This document shows positions 17,016 through 25,930 of a stretch of 53,148 bases of DNA, piece after piece. Position 1 is the first letter of the stretch, and each line of letters starts with the position of its first letter. The DNA is from a virus. Lineage: Duplodnaviria; Caudoviricetes. The translations under genes and the position numbers were made by a program. Below the pieces are notes generated by a model. It was not told the DNA's origin. It searched no databases and saw only the letters and a list, made by a program, of their open reading frames with translations. Location of the stretch: IMG/VR virus record IMGVR_UViG_3300044640_000694, positions 1-53,148 of that record, one strand, 5' to 3'.

Positions 17016-17720
17016 ATGTCTGATCAAGAAGATCTAAATAAAAGAATTCAAGATTTTTACAAAATAGATGAAATTACGTGGTCCTCTATTGAAGATTTTG
17101 GTAACGGCATTATTGTTTATCGTGATGTTCTGCCAAAGAGCATGGATATTATCAATAGGCTTGAAGAAGTTTTAAATGATCCAACAAATTTTTATGAGTA
17201 TCAAGAGGCCATGGTTGGCTACGGTATGAAGATTCCAGAATACCGTGACTGTAAAGATTTTAAATACAAGAAGTCAGATATTGCCGATCACCCAGGTGAG
17301 GCAGCAGAAAAACTACGTCAGTTATGGGATGATGTATACTTTAGACAGCTACAGGCAGTAAAGCACTATTGCAAGATGCACAATATTGGTGAACTTAGGT
17401 ATTGGGAAGCAATGAACTTTATTAAGTATGGACCAGGCCAGCACTTCCAGGAACATCATGACAATGGCTACTCATACAACTGTGTTCTTTCTGCAGTATC
17501 TTATCCAAATGATGACTACGAAGGCGGAGAGCTTTTCTTTAGACTTCAAAACCTCAACATTAAGGCAAGGGCTGGAGACTTATATCTTTTCCCATCTAAC
17601 TTTATGTATCCGCATCGTGCTATGCCAGTACATTCTGGAGTCAAGTATTCAATCGTTACAATGCTTGACTATTCGGACAAATACCACAAACCAGAATTTT
17701 ATATGGAGACGGGTAATTAG
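17016..17720 (+). CDS. Prolyl-4-hydroxylase-like 2OG-Fe(II) oxygenase 2
   Basis: HHD...NDDYEGGELFF...PH...GVKY. Confidence 0.9.
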   Translation: MSDQEDLNKRIQDFYKIDEITWSSIEDFGNGIIVYRDVLPKSMDIINRLEEVLNDPTNFYEYQEAMVGYGMKIPEYRDCKDFKYKKSDIADHPGEAAEKLRQLWDDVYFRQLQAVKHYCKMHNIGELRYWEAMNFIKYGPGQHFQEHHDNGYSYNCVLSAVSYPNDDYEGGELFFRLQNLNIKARAGDLYLFPSNFMYPHRAMPVHSGVKYSIVTMLDYSDKYHKPEFYMETGN

Positions 17721-18430
17721 TGAAAGATATAGCTGTCTATAGACTAGGTAGCAGCTCTGCAAATATAGATCAGCTACCACTTAAAAGAGATTGGATGGAT
17801 CTAACCTTTGATAGACACGCATATCAGTGCTTTCCAGTTTCTTTAGCAAATCGTTTAGGATGGTATGTATCGTTTCCAGAAGACATATCTTTTATTTGGG
17901 ACGGTATAAATGACTCAACCTCTGGACACGTATCAATACTCTCTGGAGAAAGATATGTTCATCCAAATAGAGGTAACAGAACTATAAGCTTTAATACTGG
18001 AATATACTTCTCATCTAAGAAAAATGTGTCACTTTTAACAATGCCAGTGCCAAACCAATTTATAGAAGGCACACAGTGTTTTACCACTTTGCTGAGTACA
18101 TCAGTTCTAGAGAATGATTTTCCAATAGCCTGGATAGTAAACAAGCCAAATGAAGTTATCACTATTCCAGCAAACACACCAATAGCTGCAATTCTGCCAA
18201 TATCTCTAAATGATGTTCAGTCTTATAGTCTTAATGTTATAGACGGAATTCCAGAATTGTGGAAATCATCTGAATGGTCAAAAAGAATGAGCGATAGGGC
18301 AAAAGCTTCTGAAGCAAAAAATTCAGTAGGCGATTGGACACATTATTATCGTGATGCAGTTGATCATAACGGAGATATTGTTGGTGAGCACGAAGCTAAA
18401 AAGATTATAATGAAAGTTACAAATGGCTAA
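17720..18430 (+). CDS. DUF6065-like protein
   Basis: RDWMD...HAYQCFPVSLANRLGW N-terminal motif, TPIAAILPI; GTG start coupled to the upstream stop. Confidence 0.7.
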   Translation: MKDIAVYRLGSSSANIDQLPLKRDWMDLTFDRHAYQCFPVSLANRLGWYVSFPEDISFIWDGINDSTSGHVSILSGERYVHPNRGNRTISFNTGIYFSSKKNVSLLTMPVPNQFIEGTQCFTTLLSTSVLENDFPIAWIVNKPNEVITIPANTPIAAILPISLNDVQSYSLNVIDGIPELWKSSEWSKRMSDRAKASEAKNSVGDWTHYYRDAVDHNGDIVGEHEAKKIIMKVTNG

Positions 18431-19151
18431 GTCTATTAAGTTTATTTCAAATAGATCTTGGTTAACATCAGATAGTCAATCAAAACCAACTCCTACTAGC
18501 AAGTCTATTCCAGTATGGTATAAAGACGCTGATAGATATGCTATGAGACCAGATGGTGAGCCTTGGATAGGACAGGATGGTGGCAGAGTTGTTACATGGA
18601 AAGCTTGTCCTGCACTTTATGACATCATGACAACTGGATATGTTTATCGAACACCATGCGATATTGAATTTTATCTTAATGATTCTGGAGTAATCTCAGT
18701 AAAAATTTTAGATGATCAGTACAAGGATTTTATTCAAGCCAGGGATCCAATGCCACAGTTTGAGGTTCCTTGGGGATATTATGAGAATCACTTTGCTTGG
18801 TGGGCAGACTGGGCAGTCGAACTGCCATCTGGATATAGTGCTCTATACTCACAGCCATTTAATAGATTTGACCTGCCATTTTTAACTACTAGTGGAATCA
18901 TTGATAATGATAAGGTTCATCTGCCTGGAACAATGCCATTTTTTATAGCCAAGGGATTTGCTGGGGTAATTCCAGCAGGAACTCCATATGCACAAATAGT
19001 TCCATTTAAGCGTGAAGACTGGAAGTCAGAAATAGTAATAGAGGACCCTAAAGAGCTTTATACAAAGAATATGGCAAATACTTTTAAGTATAGAAAACCA
19101 AGCGGTGGCATATACCAGCGTGACGTTTGGGAAAGACGTAAGTACGAGTAA
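18423..19151 (+). CDS. Conserved phage protein, DUF6065-related (possible dUTPase-like fold)
   Basis: IPVWYK...TWKACP...GY...TPCD...SGIIDND...IPAGTPYAQIVPFKREDW. Confidence 0.6.
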   Translation: MAKSIKFISNRSWLTSDSQSKPTPTSKSIPVWYKDADRYAMRPDGEPWIGQDGGRVVTWKACPALYDIMTTGYVYRTPCDIEFYLNDSGVISVKILDDQYKDFIQARDPMPQFEVPWGYYENHFAWWADWAVELPSGYSALYSQPFNRFDLPFLTTSGIIDNDKVHLPGTMPFFIAKGFAGVIPAGTPYAQIVPFKREDWKSEIVIEDPKELYTKNMANTFKYRKPSGGIYQRDVWERRKYE

Positions 19152-19153
19152 CG

Positions 19154-19162
19154 TGCTATAAT
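19154..19162 (+). promoter_or_regulatory. Extended -10 promoter TGCTATAAT (leaderless)
   Basis: 6 nt before ATG 19169. Confidence 0.75.
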
Positions 19163-19168
19163 TGATTT

Positions 19169-19852
19169 ATGGAAAATCAATATACTAATAATCATAACGA
19201 GAACCCCGTATCAATAACGCCATCTGGATTCTTTGGAAATGGCCCAGAGATGATAGGAACTCTTGAAAATTTTTTAACGGAAGAAGAGCTTCAGGCATTA
19301 AATGGATTTATTCGCAACAATGAAACTTGGGATGTTACTCAAACACACTATAACGAAGACGGAACTGTAATCTATGATTCTGGATATTGGGACGGTCGTG
19401 TAGCAACCTATCCAACAATTAATCAGACAAGCCCTGAAACGGTACAAATGATTAGATCAATCGTTAAAAGATTGAAGGTTGAGATTGATAAGTTCTTTAA
19501 TGTAAGTGCTTCCCCAACATCGCCAGCACTTGTCCGCTGGCTTCCAGGCAATTTACAGATGCCTCACGCAGACAAAGAATTACATGAGGGAGATAATGCA
19601 GGAAAGCCTAATGACTTTCCTTGGTACGACATTGCTACAATTATCTATCTAAATGATGACTATGAAGGTGGAGAGCTATATTTTCCAAACCAGGGAATCC
19701 AATTTAAGCCAAAGCGTGGAGCTGCTTACTTCTTCCCTGGAGACATGAACTATATTCATGGCATAACTACAATAGAGTCTGGAATTAGGTATACCTGCCC
19801 ATTCTTCTGGACTATCACTGCTCACAATAATTCGGAGGTAGGCAATGTCTAA
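19169..19852 (+). CDS. Prolyl-4-hydroxylase-like 2OG-Fe(II) oxygenase 3
   Basis: HAD...YLNDDYEGGELYF...IHG...GIRY. Confidence 0.9.
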   Translation: MENQYTNNHNENPVSITPSGFFGNGPEMIGTLENFLTEEELQALNGFIRNNETWDVTQTHYNEDGTVIYDSGYWDGRVATYPTINQTSPETVQMIRSIVKRLKVEIDKFFNVSASPTSPALVRWLPGNLQMPHADKELHEGDNAGKPNDFPWYDIATIIYLNDDYEGGELYFPNQGIQFKPKRGAAYFFPGDMNYIHGITTIESGIRYTCPFFWTITAHNNSEVGNV

Positions 19853-20570
19853 TATTATCAATAAAGATAGTTTTATATATTATAAGGATGAGCCAATAGA
19901 GAATAGCATTCTTGGAATCAAAGATAATAGAATCGTAGAGATTCCAAACTTTGTAAGTCCAGAAGATGCAAAAAATATGATTAACTACTTTGAGGCAAAG
20001 GCTGAAATGTGGGGAGATATTGCTTTTTATGGTTCTTCTGGCATGGGGTTGCAACCAAATGACCCAATGCTTGCAGACTATCACTTGCCTGGAGACTTTT
20101 TCGATAACTTGCGTGAGCAGTTTAAGGCAAATGTAGAGGCTGTTTTTGGTAGAGAAGTAAAGGCAAACACTTCGCATGCACAAAAGTGGGATGTTGGAGG
20201 ATTTGCCAATCCACACTCAGACAACTCTGATAACCACGGAGAACCCAATGCCTTTGAGATTAACAAGTATGTGGCAATCCTGTACCTAAATGGAGATTAT
20301 GAAGGCGGAGACCTCTATTTCCCAGATCACGACATTTCGTTCAAGCCAACCCCATATGCACTAATTACTTTTCCTGGTGGGGTAGAGAATATTCACGGAG
20401 TTACAGAAATTACTGCTGGCACTAGATATACTATGGTTTCTTTCTGGGACTTTGCTGACGCAGAGTATTCTGAAGAAAAGAAGACTTGGTGGGAAGAAGA
20501 GACAAGAAAAGTTAGAGAGCAACAAGCTAAGCAAAAAGAGGAGTGGGCTAAGGGCAATAAGCTTGCCTAA
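19845..20570 (+). CDS. Prolyl-4-hydroxylase-like 2OG-Fe(II) oxygenase 4
   Basis: HSD...YLNGDYEGGDLYF...IHG...GTRY. Confidence 0.9.
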   Translation: MSNIINKDSFIYYKDEPIENSILGIKDNRIVEIPNFVSPEDAKNMINYFEAKAEMWGDIAFYGSSGMGLQPNDPMLADYHLPGDFFDNLREQFKANVEAVFGREVKANTSHAQKWDVGGFANPHSDNSDNHGEPNAFEINKYVAILYLNGDYEGGDLYFPDHDISFKPTPYALITFPGGVENIHGVTEITAGTRYTMVSFWDFADAEYSEEKKTWWEEETRKVREQQAKQKEEWAKGNKLA

Positions 20571-20575
20571 TAATT

Positions 20576-21226
20576 ATGGAAAAGATTGTTCATAAACACG
20601 ATATTGTAGAGTTTCCAAACTTTTTATCAGGCGAGGAATGTCAAAAGCTTATAAGCTATTATGATGCTGGAGACTCTTTGTGGCAAGAAACTTGTTTCTT
20701 TAATGCCCGTGTAATGGATCCAAACGGACCAAAGAGCCAGCTTGGCATAGAGTTATTTAATCCAAACTTTTTTGAAGAGTTGAGACAGTCTCTAAAAAAT
20801 ATGGCTGAAGATGTTATGGGTAGACCAGTAAGAAATCTTACACTGAGTGCTCACAAGTGGCTTCCAGGAGCTTACGCAGGAGACCATGCAGACAATGCAG
20901 AGCTAGATGGAACCCCAAATGCCTGGCAAGATAATAAGCTTGTTACAATTATTTATCTTAATGATAACTATGAGGGCGGAAATCTCGCATTTAGAGATCA
21001 TGATATTTCTATTGCACCAAAGGCAGGAACGGTAATTGTATTTGATGTTGGCATTGATAATGTTCATTCAGTAACTGAGGTTACATCTGGAGAGCGTTAT
21101 ACGATGCTTCTATCTTGGGACTATGCAGATATAGACTATCCAGAAGGATTCCTAGAAGAGCTTGCAAGATTAAAGATGGCTGAGCAGCCAAAGCAAGATG
21201 AGCAAAAGAAGCAATGGAAGTCTTAA
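20576..21226 (+). CDS. Prolyl-4-hydroxylase-like 2OG-Fe(II) oxygenase 5
   Basis: HAD...YLNDNYEGG...VHS...GERY. Confidence 0.9.
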   Translation: MEKIVHKHDIVEFPNFLSGEECQKLISYYDAGDSLWQETCFFNARVMDPNGPKSQLGIELFNPNFFEELRQSLKNMAEDVMGRPVRNLTLSAHKWLPGAYAGDHADNAELDGTPNAWQDNKLVTIIYLNDNYEGGNLAFRDHDISIAPKAGTVIVFDVGIDNVHSVTEVTSGERYTMLLSWDYADIDYPEGFLEELARLKMAEQPKQDEQKKQWKS

Positions 21227-21817
21227 ATGTCATCTAAGCCTATAGTGTTTTCAGAAAAAATATTTTACTACGAATCTGTCATTGAAGATCCAAAAGGCCT
21301 AATAGAGGCAATTGAGTTATCAAACAATGACCTGTCCGAAGCCTCGTTAATATCTAGCTGGCATTCCTGGTCATCTAGTAATGGCTCTTATGTATTTGGT
21401 GAAAGAAAAACTACAAATCCAGATGCCTATATTTCAGCAGCTGAAAATGTAAGGCTCATCTTTTCACTATTGAAGGATACCCTTTCAGAATATGGTCAAG
21501 ATTACGCAAATACTCTTGGAATAAAATTAGGAACACAGATGCCAATAAGCATAAGTAAGTATTTTACGGGGGCATCCATGGGACCGCATACAGATTCTTC
21601 ACCAAATCCTACAACAGAGCATATTTCTGCTGTCCTATATCTCAATGATGACTATTCTGGTGGAGAAATTGCCTTTCCAGATCAGGAAGTAGTCATTAAG
21701 CCAACTGCTGGCAGTCTGGTAATCTTTCCATCAATACCGCCATTCTTTCATGAGTCTAGAGAGATTTTGAGTGGAACAAAGTACATGTCGCCAGCCTTTT
21801 GGCATTTGTTGGCTTAG
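21227..21817 (+). CDS. Prolyl-4-hydroxylase-like 2OG-Fe(II) oxygenase 6
   Basis: HTD...YLNDDYSGGEIAF...FHE...GTKY. Confidence 0.9.
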   Translation: MSSKPIVFSEKIFYYESVIEDPKGLIEAIELSNNDLSEASLISSWHSWSSSNGSYVFGERKTTNPDAYISAAENVRLIFSLLKDTLSEYGQDYANTLGIKLGTQMPISISKYFTGASMGPHTDSSPNPTTEHISAVLYLNDDYSGGEIAFPDQEVVIKPTAGSLVIFPSIPPFFHESREILSGTKYMSPAFWHLLA

Positions 21818-21844
21818 TCTATGGTAAACTATAGGTGGTGAACA

Positions 21845-24800
21845 ATGTCTAATCCATCTAATCTTTATGCAGAAAAAGTCTTTTCTGAACACCCCATTGC
21901 CCTTTGGCCACTAGATGATTCTGCTGACTATATTTCTCTAATTTCTGAGGCTCAAAGAAATATGGAATCTTGGCAGATTGATAACGGTTTAGCAGAGCTT
22001 GTAACTGGAATTATTGACGAGCCATTTCCCACAAGTCATGTATCTAAAATAACTGTAGACGATACTTCTGGAAGAGAGTTCTATGTAACATCTGTTAGCC
22101 CAGACATTGTTTCTTTTAACAACTTGAGCCAGGAGCTATCAACAATAAATGTTGGCGTTTTCTTATATTCTAATACACCATATGTTTCTGGATTTGATAT
22201 TGGGTATGAATATTATGATAGCGTTAGTGGAGCTATTGTACAAGACCTAAAGTTTTTCTCTACTGAAATATATGAAAGCTGGATCTTTATATCAGAAACC
22301 TTTACGCCAGTAATCCAGTCATCAATGATGAGACTTGTTATTCGTGCTAGGTTCTATGAGGGTGATGATGCAGAAAACTATAGCTTTTTAGTGAATGGTA
22401 TTTCTCTCGGCCAGTGGTCTGAAGAATTTAATTCATCCTCTTTAGGACAAACCCTTGAATCAATACCATCAAATATTTTTGGAGAGTCTGGGCTTTATGG
22501 AATTCCAGTACAGTCATACGGTCTTCAAAATTTTGACGGGTATTACATTGTAGAAAACTATGCACTTAAAGCTAAAAATAGTGGTTTCCCTATGGTTTAT
22601 GGAACTAACAATGTAACTACTATGCAGGGTGTGGGAAGCAGCAAGCCATCTCTTATATTGCCTTCCCTAGGCTTTTTGAATGAGTCTGGAAAATATAAAG
22701 ACTACACTGTTGAGTTCTGGATCAGGGCTAACTCAGACAGCATTATTGACAAAAAGATTTTTGGTAGCATTAGGGGTACTGATGGTGTTTATGTTGGTGG
22801 ACCATTCATTTCTTTCAAGGTAGGAGATAACTTTATTAAGCACTTTGTTGGTGAGTGGTACAGACCAATGCTTGTTCAGCTCAGGTACTCTCCATCATCA
22901 ATATCAATGATCATTAATGGTGAGCAGGTTGGAGAGGTCTTTATAGACGCTACTGAAATTGAGATGACAGAAATAACTTCCATTATCAATAACATTACGG
23001 TAGATAATGACTGGATGGCATTTTGGTCATACCAAGATGTGTCTCCAGTAGAGATAGATGCAGTTGCAATATATGGATATAAGGTACCACTTCAAGTTGC
23101 CAAGAGAAGGTTTATTTATGGTCAAGGTGTTGAGTTTCCAGAAAACATAAACAACTCTTATAGCGGAAGCTCTGTATTTATAGACTATCCATTCTCTAAG
23201 TATTCCAAAAACTATACCTATCCAAATATTGGCAAATGGTCACAGGGTGCTTATGATAATTTCAGAATAAACGGAAATACTTTAGCATTCCCAGGGTATA
23301 GCAATGCCTTAGCAGTCTTTGATAACAAAACTCAGGATCAGTGGCTTAATGATGTTAAACTAATTCAAAACGGAGATGATAGCATAATTTCTCTTAGGCC
23401 AAACTCTGGGTGGAATAATACAAACGGATATATTTATGTAAACAATTTTTCCCTATCTTCCAGCCAGGCAAAAGCTTTTTATGTTACTTGCAAAGAAGTA
23501 TCATCAGTCCCATTACAAACAAAGCAAACGGTACTTCTGATAGAAGATAATGTATTTGGGTCATACTTTGAAATAGCCATATCTCAGGATAAGATAGAGT
23601 ATATTCTAAAAGATGGAGATGGAATTACTATAGTAGATTCAAAAGAGAGATACTTCTTGGGCGAAGACTTTGCTATTGGTATAGACATACAAAGATTCTC
23701 CGATTACTATGGTGAAAAGGTTGCACAGTTTTTTGGAAGACTTTCAAATATGTCTTTGTATATAGGTGGAAGAAAAGACTTTACTCAAACATTTACTGGA
23801 AACATTTATTCTATTGGTGTATGTTCAGAAAAGAACCTAGCTGAAATACAGTCTATCTTTGGTGAGTCTGGACTAATGTTTACTGATGAATTTGTAGATG
23901 GAAATATTCTTTCTTCAACCGCAGATGCAGAATTTTATAATACTGCTGTGTATGAGTTTCTTTATGATGGCGGATCTCTTGGACAATATGCTAACAGTAT
24001 AATATTTTCTCATATAGCAAGTTATCACCTATCTTTAGTAGACTCTCAAATTTCTGGATTTGGTTTAGCTGTAGGATCAAACTCTTACTGGCAAGACTAT
24101 GTTCCATTATCTACATTTGCCAAGCTAGTTCCTGATGCCAAGGGAGACAGCAGACTGGATTTAGACTTTTTGCAGTTTAATATTGACTACCCAGCACCAT
24201 CGATTTTTATTCAAGAGCAAACAACGGGATCGTGGAGTTACGAAGAGCTGGCTTCTGAATATGCTACGCCAATTCAAAGATCATACGAATCTCTCGACAA
24301 CCATTTATTTACAGGATTTGATAGCTATGAAGATTTAAAAAACAGAGCTGAAAATACCTATAAATATGACACATCTTCTTCAATCGTAAAAACATACGTC
24401 ACATTCCAGCTGATAGAGGATAACCCAAATAAAAACCTAAACTCATTTATTAATGAAGAGAGACCATCAAAGGACGGAATTCTAAAGCCAGGAGATAACT
24501 GGCTAAATACAAAGTATGAGGTAGTAGATAACATGATTATCTACCCACCAAACTCCATACCCTTTGAAGATCTAGCAATAGTAACTCACATAGAAGCAAA
24601 GACATTAAGCATCGCTGACAGCCCAATATCAATTAGAAGGCTAGAGTACTGCTCCCTATCTTTGTCTGAAACTTCGCCAACTGCTATTGGAACTAGGTTT
24701 GGGAATGACATCTATCCATATAGAAAAGATGGATTCTACTTTACATACAATCAGGATAATCCTTTTACAATTTACAAGGGTAGCACACCATACCTTTACA

Positions 24801-25543
24801 TGACAAGAAACAGCGGAATAACCATAAAGGGACAGTACGATCCAATAGTAAACCGTGGAATAGCTGTTCCAATCAACCAGTCAAGATCTGACAATCACAA
24901 GGTAATTGCTATGCAAATGTTTCTTAGATTTGATCAAGACTTTTTCCCATACGCCCCAACACAAATCTTTGAGTTGCAAAGCAAAAACTCGTATATTAAG
25001 TTTTATATGGTTGCCACCCATCCATCTGGAAAACGTGCAAAAATCTATGCCATTAATTCCAGGGGACAAGTAGAAAATGGTTTAGCCTTCTACTTAAATG
25101 GAAAGCTAGTAAAGGATCCAACTATTACGATTAAAGAATGGGCAACTCTTGGAATTAGGTTTGCAAATACTCAAGATTTTAATAACTATGAGGGTGCTTT
25201 GCGTATAAATGGTCCACTAACCTTTAATAGTTTGTCTTATTATAAGTCTACAAACCTACAAGAAGTACAGAACGTTGTTCAAAGACCATGGTTTAAGGTA
25301 GAAAAGGCTGGCTCGCTAACGCTAGATTGGAACTATTGGAATGCAATTCCATATCTTTGGGAAGAGGTGTTGGTTATATCAACCACTAGCTATTACGGAG
25401 TTGACCCTTCAGACATCTACAAGGCTTACACAGGAACCAATAAAATTATCGTAGATGACTCAGTAGAGACAACATTTGGTGACTATGCTTATAAATTCTA
25501 TCAAAATGTTTCATGGAAGACTAATACCTACCAAGCCGTATAA
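21845..25543 (+). CDS. Large virion protein with LamG/concanavalin-A-like domains (1232 aa)
   Basis: YAEKV..EHPIALWPLDD N-terminus, YTVEFWIR, INGEQV, LYIGG; beta-rich. Confidence 0.65.
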   Translation: MSNPSNLYAEKVFSEHPIALWPLDDSADYISLISEAQRNMESWQIDNGLAELVTGIIDEPFPTSHVSKITVDDTSGREFYVTSVSPDIVSFNNLSQELSTINVGVFLYSNTPYVSGFDIGYEYYDSVSGAIVQDLKFFSTEIYESWIFISETFTPVIQSSMMRLVIRARFYEGDDAENYSFLVNGISLGQWSEEFNSSSLGQTLESIPSNIFGESGLYGIPVQSYGLQNFDGYYIVENYALKAKNSGFPMVYGTNNVTTMQGVGSSKPSLILPSLGFLNESGKYKDYTVEFWIRANSDSIIDKKIFGSIRGTDGVYVGGPFISFKVGDNFIKHFVGEWYRPMLVQLRYSPSSISMIINGEQVGEVFIDATEIEMTEITSIINNITVDNDWMAFWSYQDVSPVEIDAVAIYGYKVPLQVAKRRFIYGQGVEFPENINNSYSGSSVFIDYPFSKYSKNYTYPNIGKWSQGAYDNFRINGNTLAFPGYSNALAVFDNKTQDQWLNDVKLIQNGDDSIISLRPNSGWNNTNGYIYVNNFSLSSSQAKAFYVTCKEVSSVPLQTKQTVLLIEDNVFGSYFEIAISQDKIEYILKDGDGITIVDSKERYFLGEDFAIGIDIQRFSDYYGEKVAQFFGRLSNMSLYIGGRKDFTQTFTGNIYSIGVCSEKNLAEIQSIFGESGLMFTDEFVDGNILSSTADAEFYNTAVYEFLYDGGSLGQYANSIIFSHIASYHLSLVDSQISGFGLAVGSNSYWQDYVPLSTFAKLVPDAKGDSRLDLDFLQFNIDYPAPSIFIQEQTTGSWSYEELASEYATPIQRSYESLDNHLFTGFDSYEDLKNRAENTYKYDTSSSIVKTYVTFQLIEDNPNKNLNSFINEERPSKDGILKPGDNWLNTKYEVVDNMIIYPPNSIPFEDLAIVTHIEAKTLSIADSPISIRRLEYCSLSLSETSPTAIGTRFGNDIYPYRKDGFYFTYNQDNPFTIYKGSTPYLYMTRNSGITIKGQYDPIVNRGIAVPINQSRSDNHKVIAMQMFLRFDQDFFPYAPTQIFELQSKNSYIKFYMVATHPSGKRAKIYAINSRGQVENGLAFYLNGKLVKDPTITIKEWATLGIRFANTQDFNNYEGALRINGPLTFNSLSYYKSTNLQEVQNVVQRPWFKVEKAGSLTLDWNYWNAIPYLWEEVLVISTTSYYGVDPSDIYKAYTGTNKIIVDDSVETTFGDYAYKFYQNVSWKTNTYQAV

Positions 25544-25561
25544 TATGGTATACTATTGGTT

Positions 25562-25930
25562 ATGAATAAGGAAAATCTCAATCAAATTGGTAACTCTAAG
25601 GTTACAGTTCTAGACAAAAATTATGATTGGGGTATCTATGTTTGGCAGAGAGAAAACGGTAAATGGTTTACGGATGGTCAGGGAAACATCTTAAACATTC
25701 CGTCTCATAGGGGTGACGAAATACAGCTGCAGAGACTTCGCCAAGCTGCAGCATATCATGGTGAGCCTAACGGCAAGCCGATCTTCTTTCCAGGAATGGG
25801 AAGGGTAACAGATGAAGAATATTCAGAACAAGTAGACAGAATGAAGCAAGGTCTAATTCCAAACCTCAATGACCTTGGTGCAGTTAAGGCAGCACAGGAT
25901 ACACTAAAGCTATATGGAGATGAAGGCTAA
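25562..25930 (+). CDS. Hypothetical protein preceding the portal gene
   Basis: ATG 7 nt after TGGTATACT (25546-25554); coupled to the portal gene by TAATG. Confidence 0.75.
   Translation: MNKENLNQIGNSKVTVLDKNYDWGIYVWQRENGKWFTDGQGNILNIPSHRGDEIQLQRLRQAAAYHGEPNGKPIFFPGMGRVTDEEYSEQVDRMKQGLIPNLNDLGAVKAAQDTLKLYGDEG

Noticed and set aside
18423-19151. Annotation as an active dUTPase
   Set aside because: Only a distant resemblance; the five canonical dUTPase motifs are not recognisable
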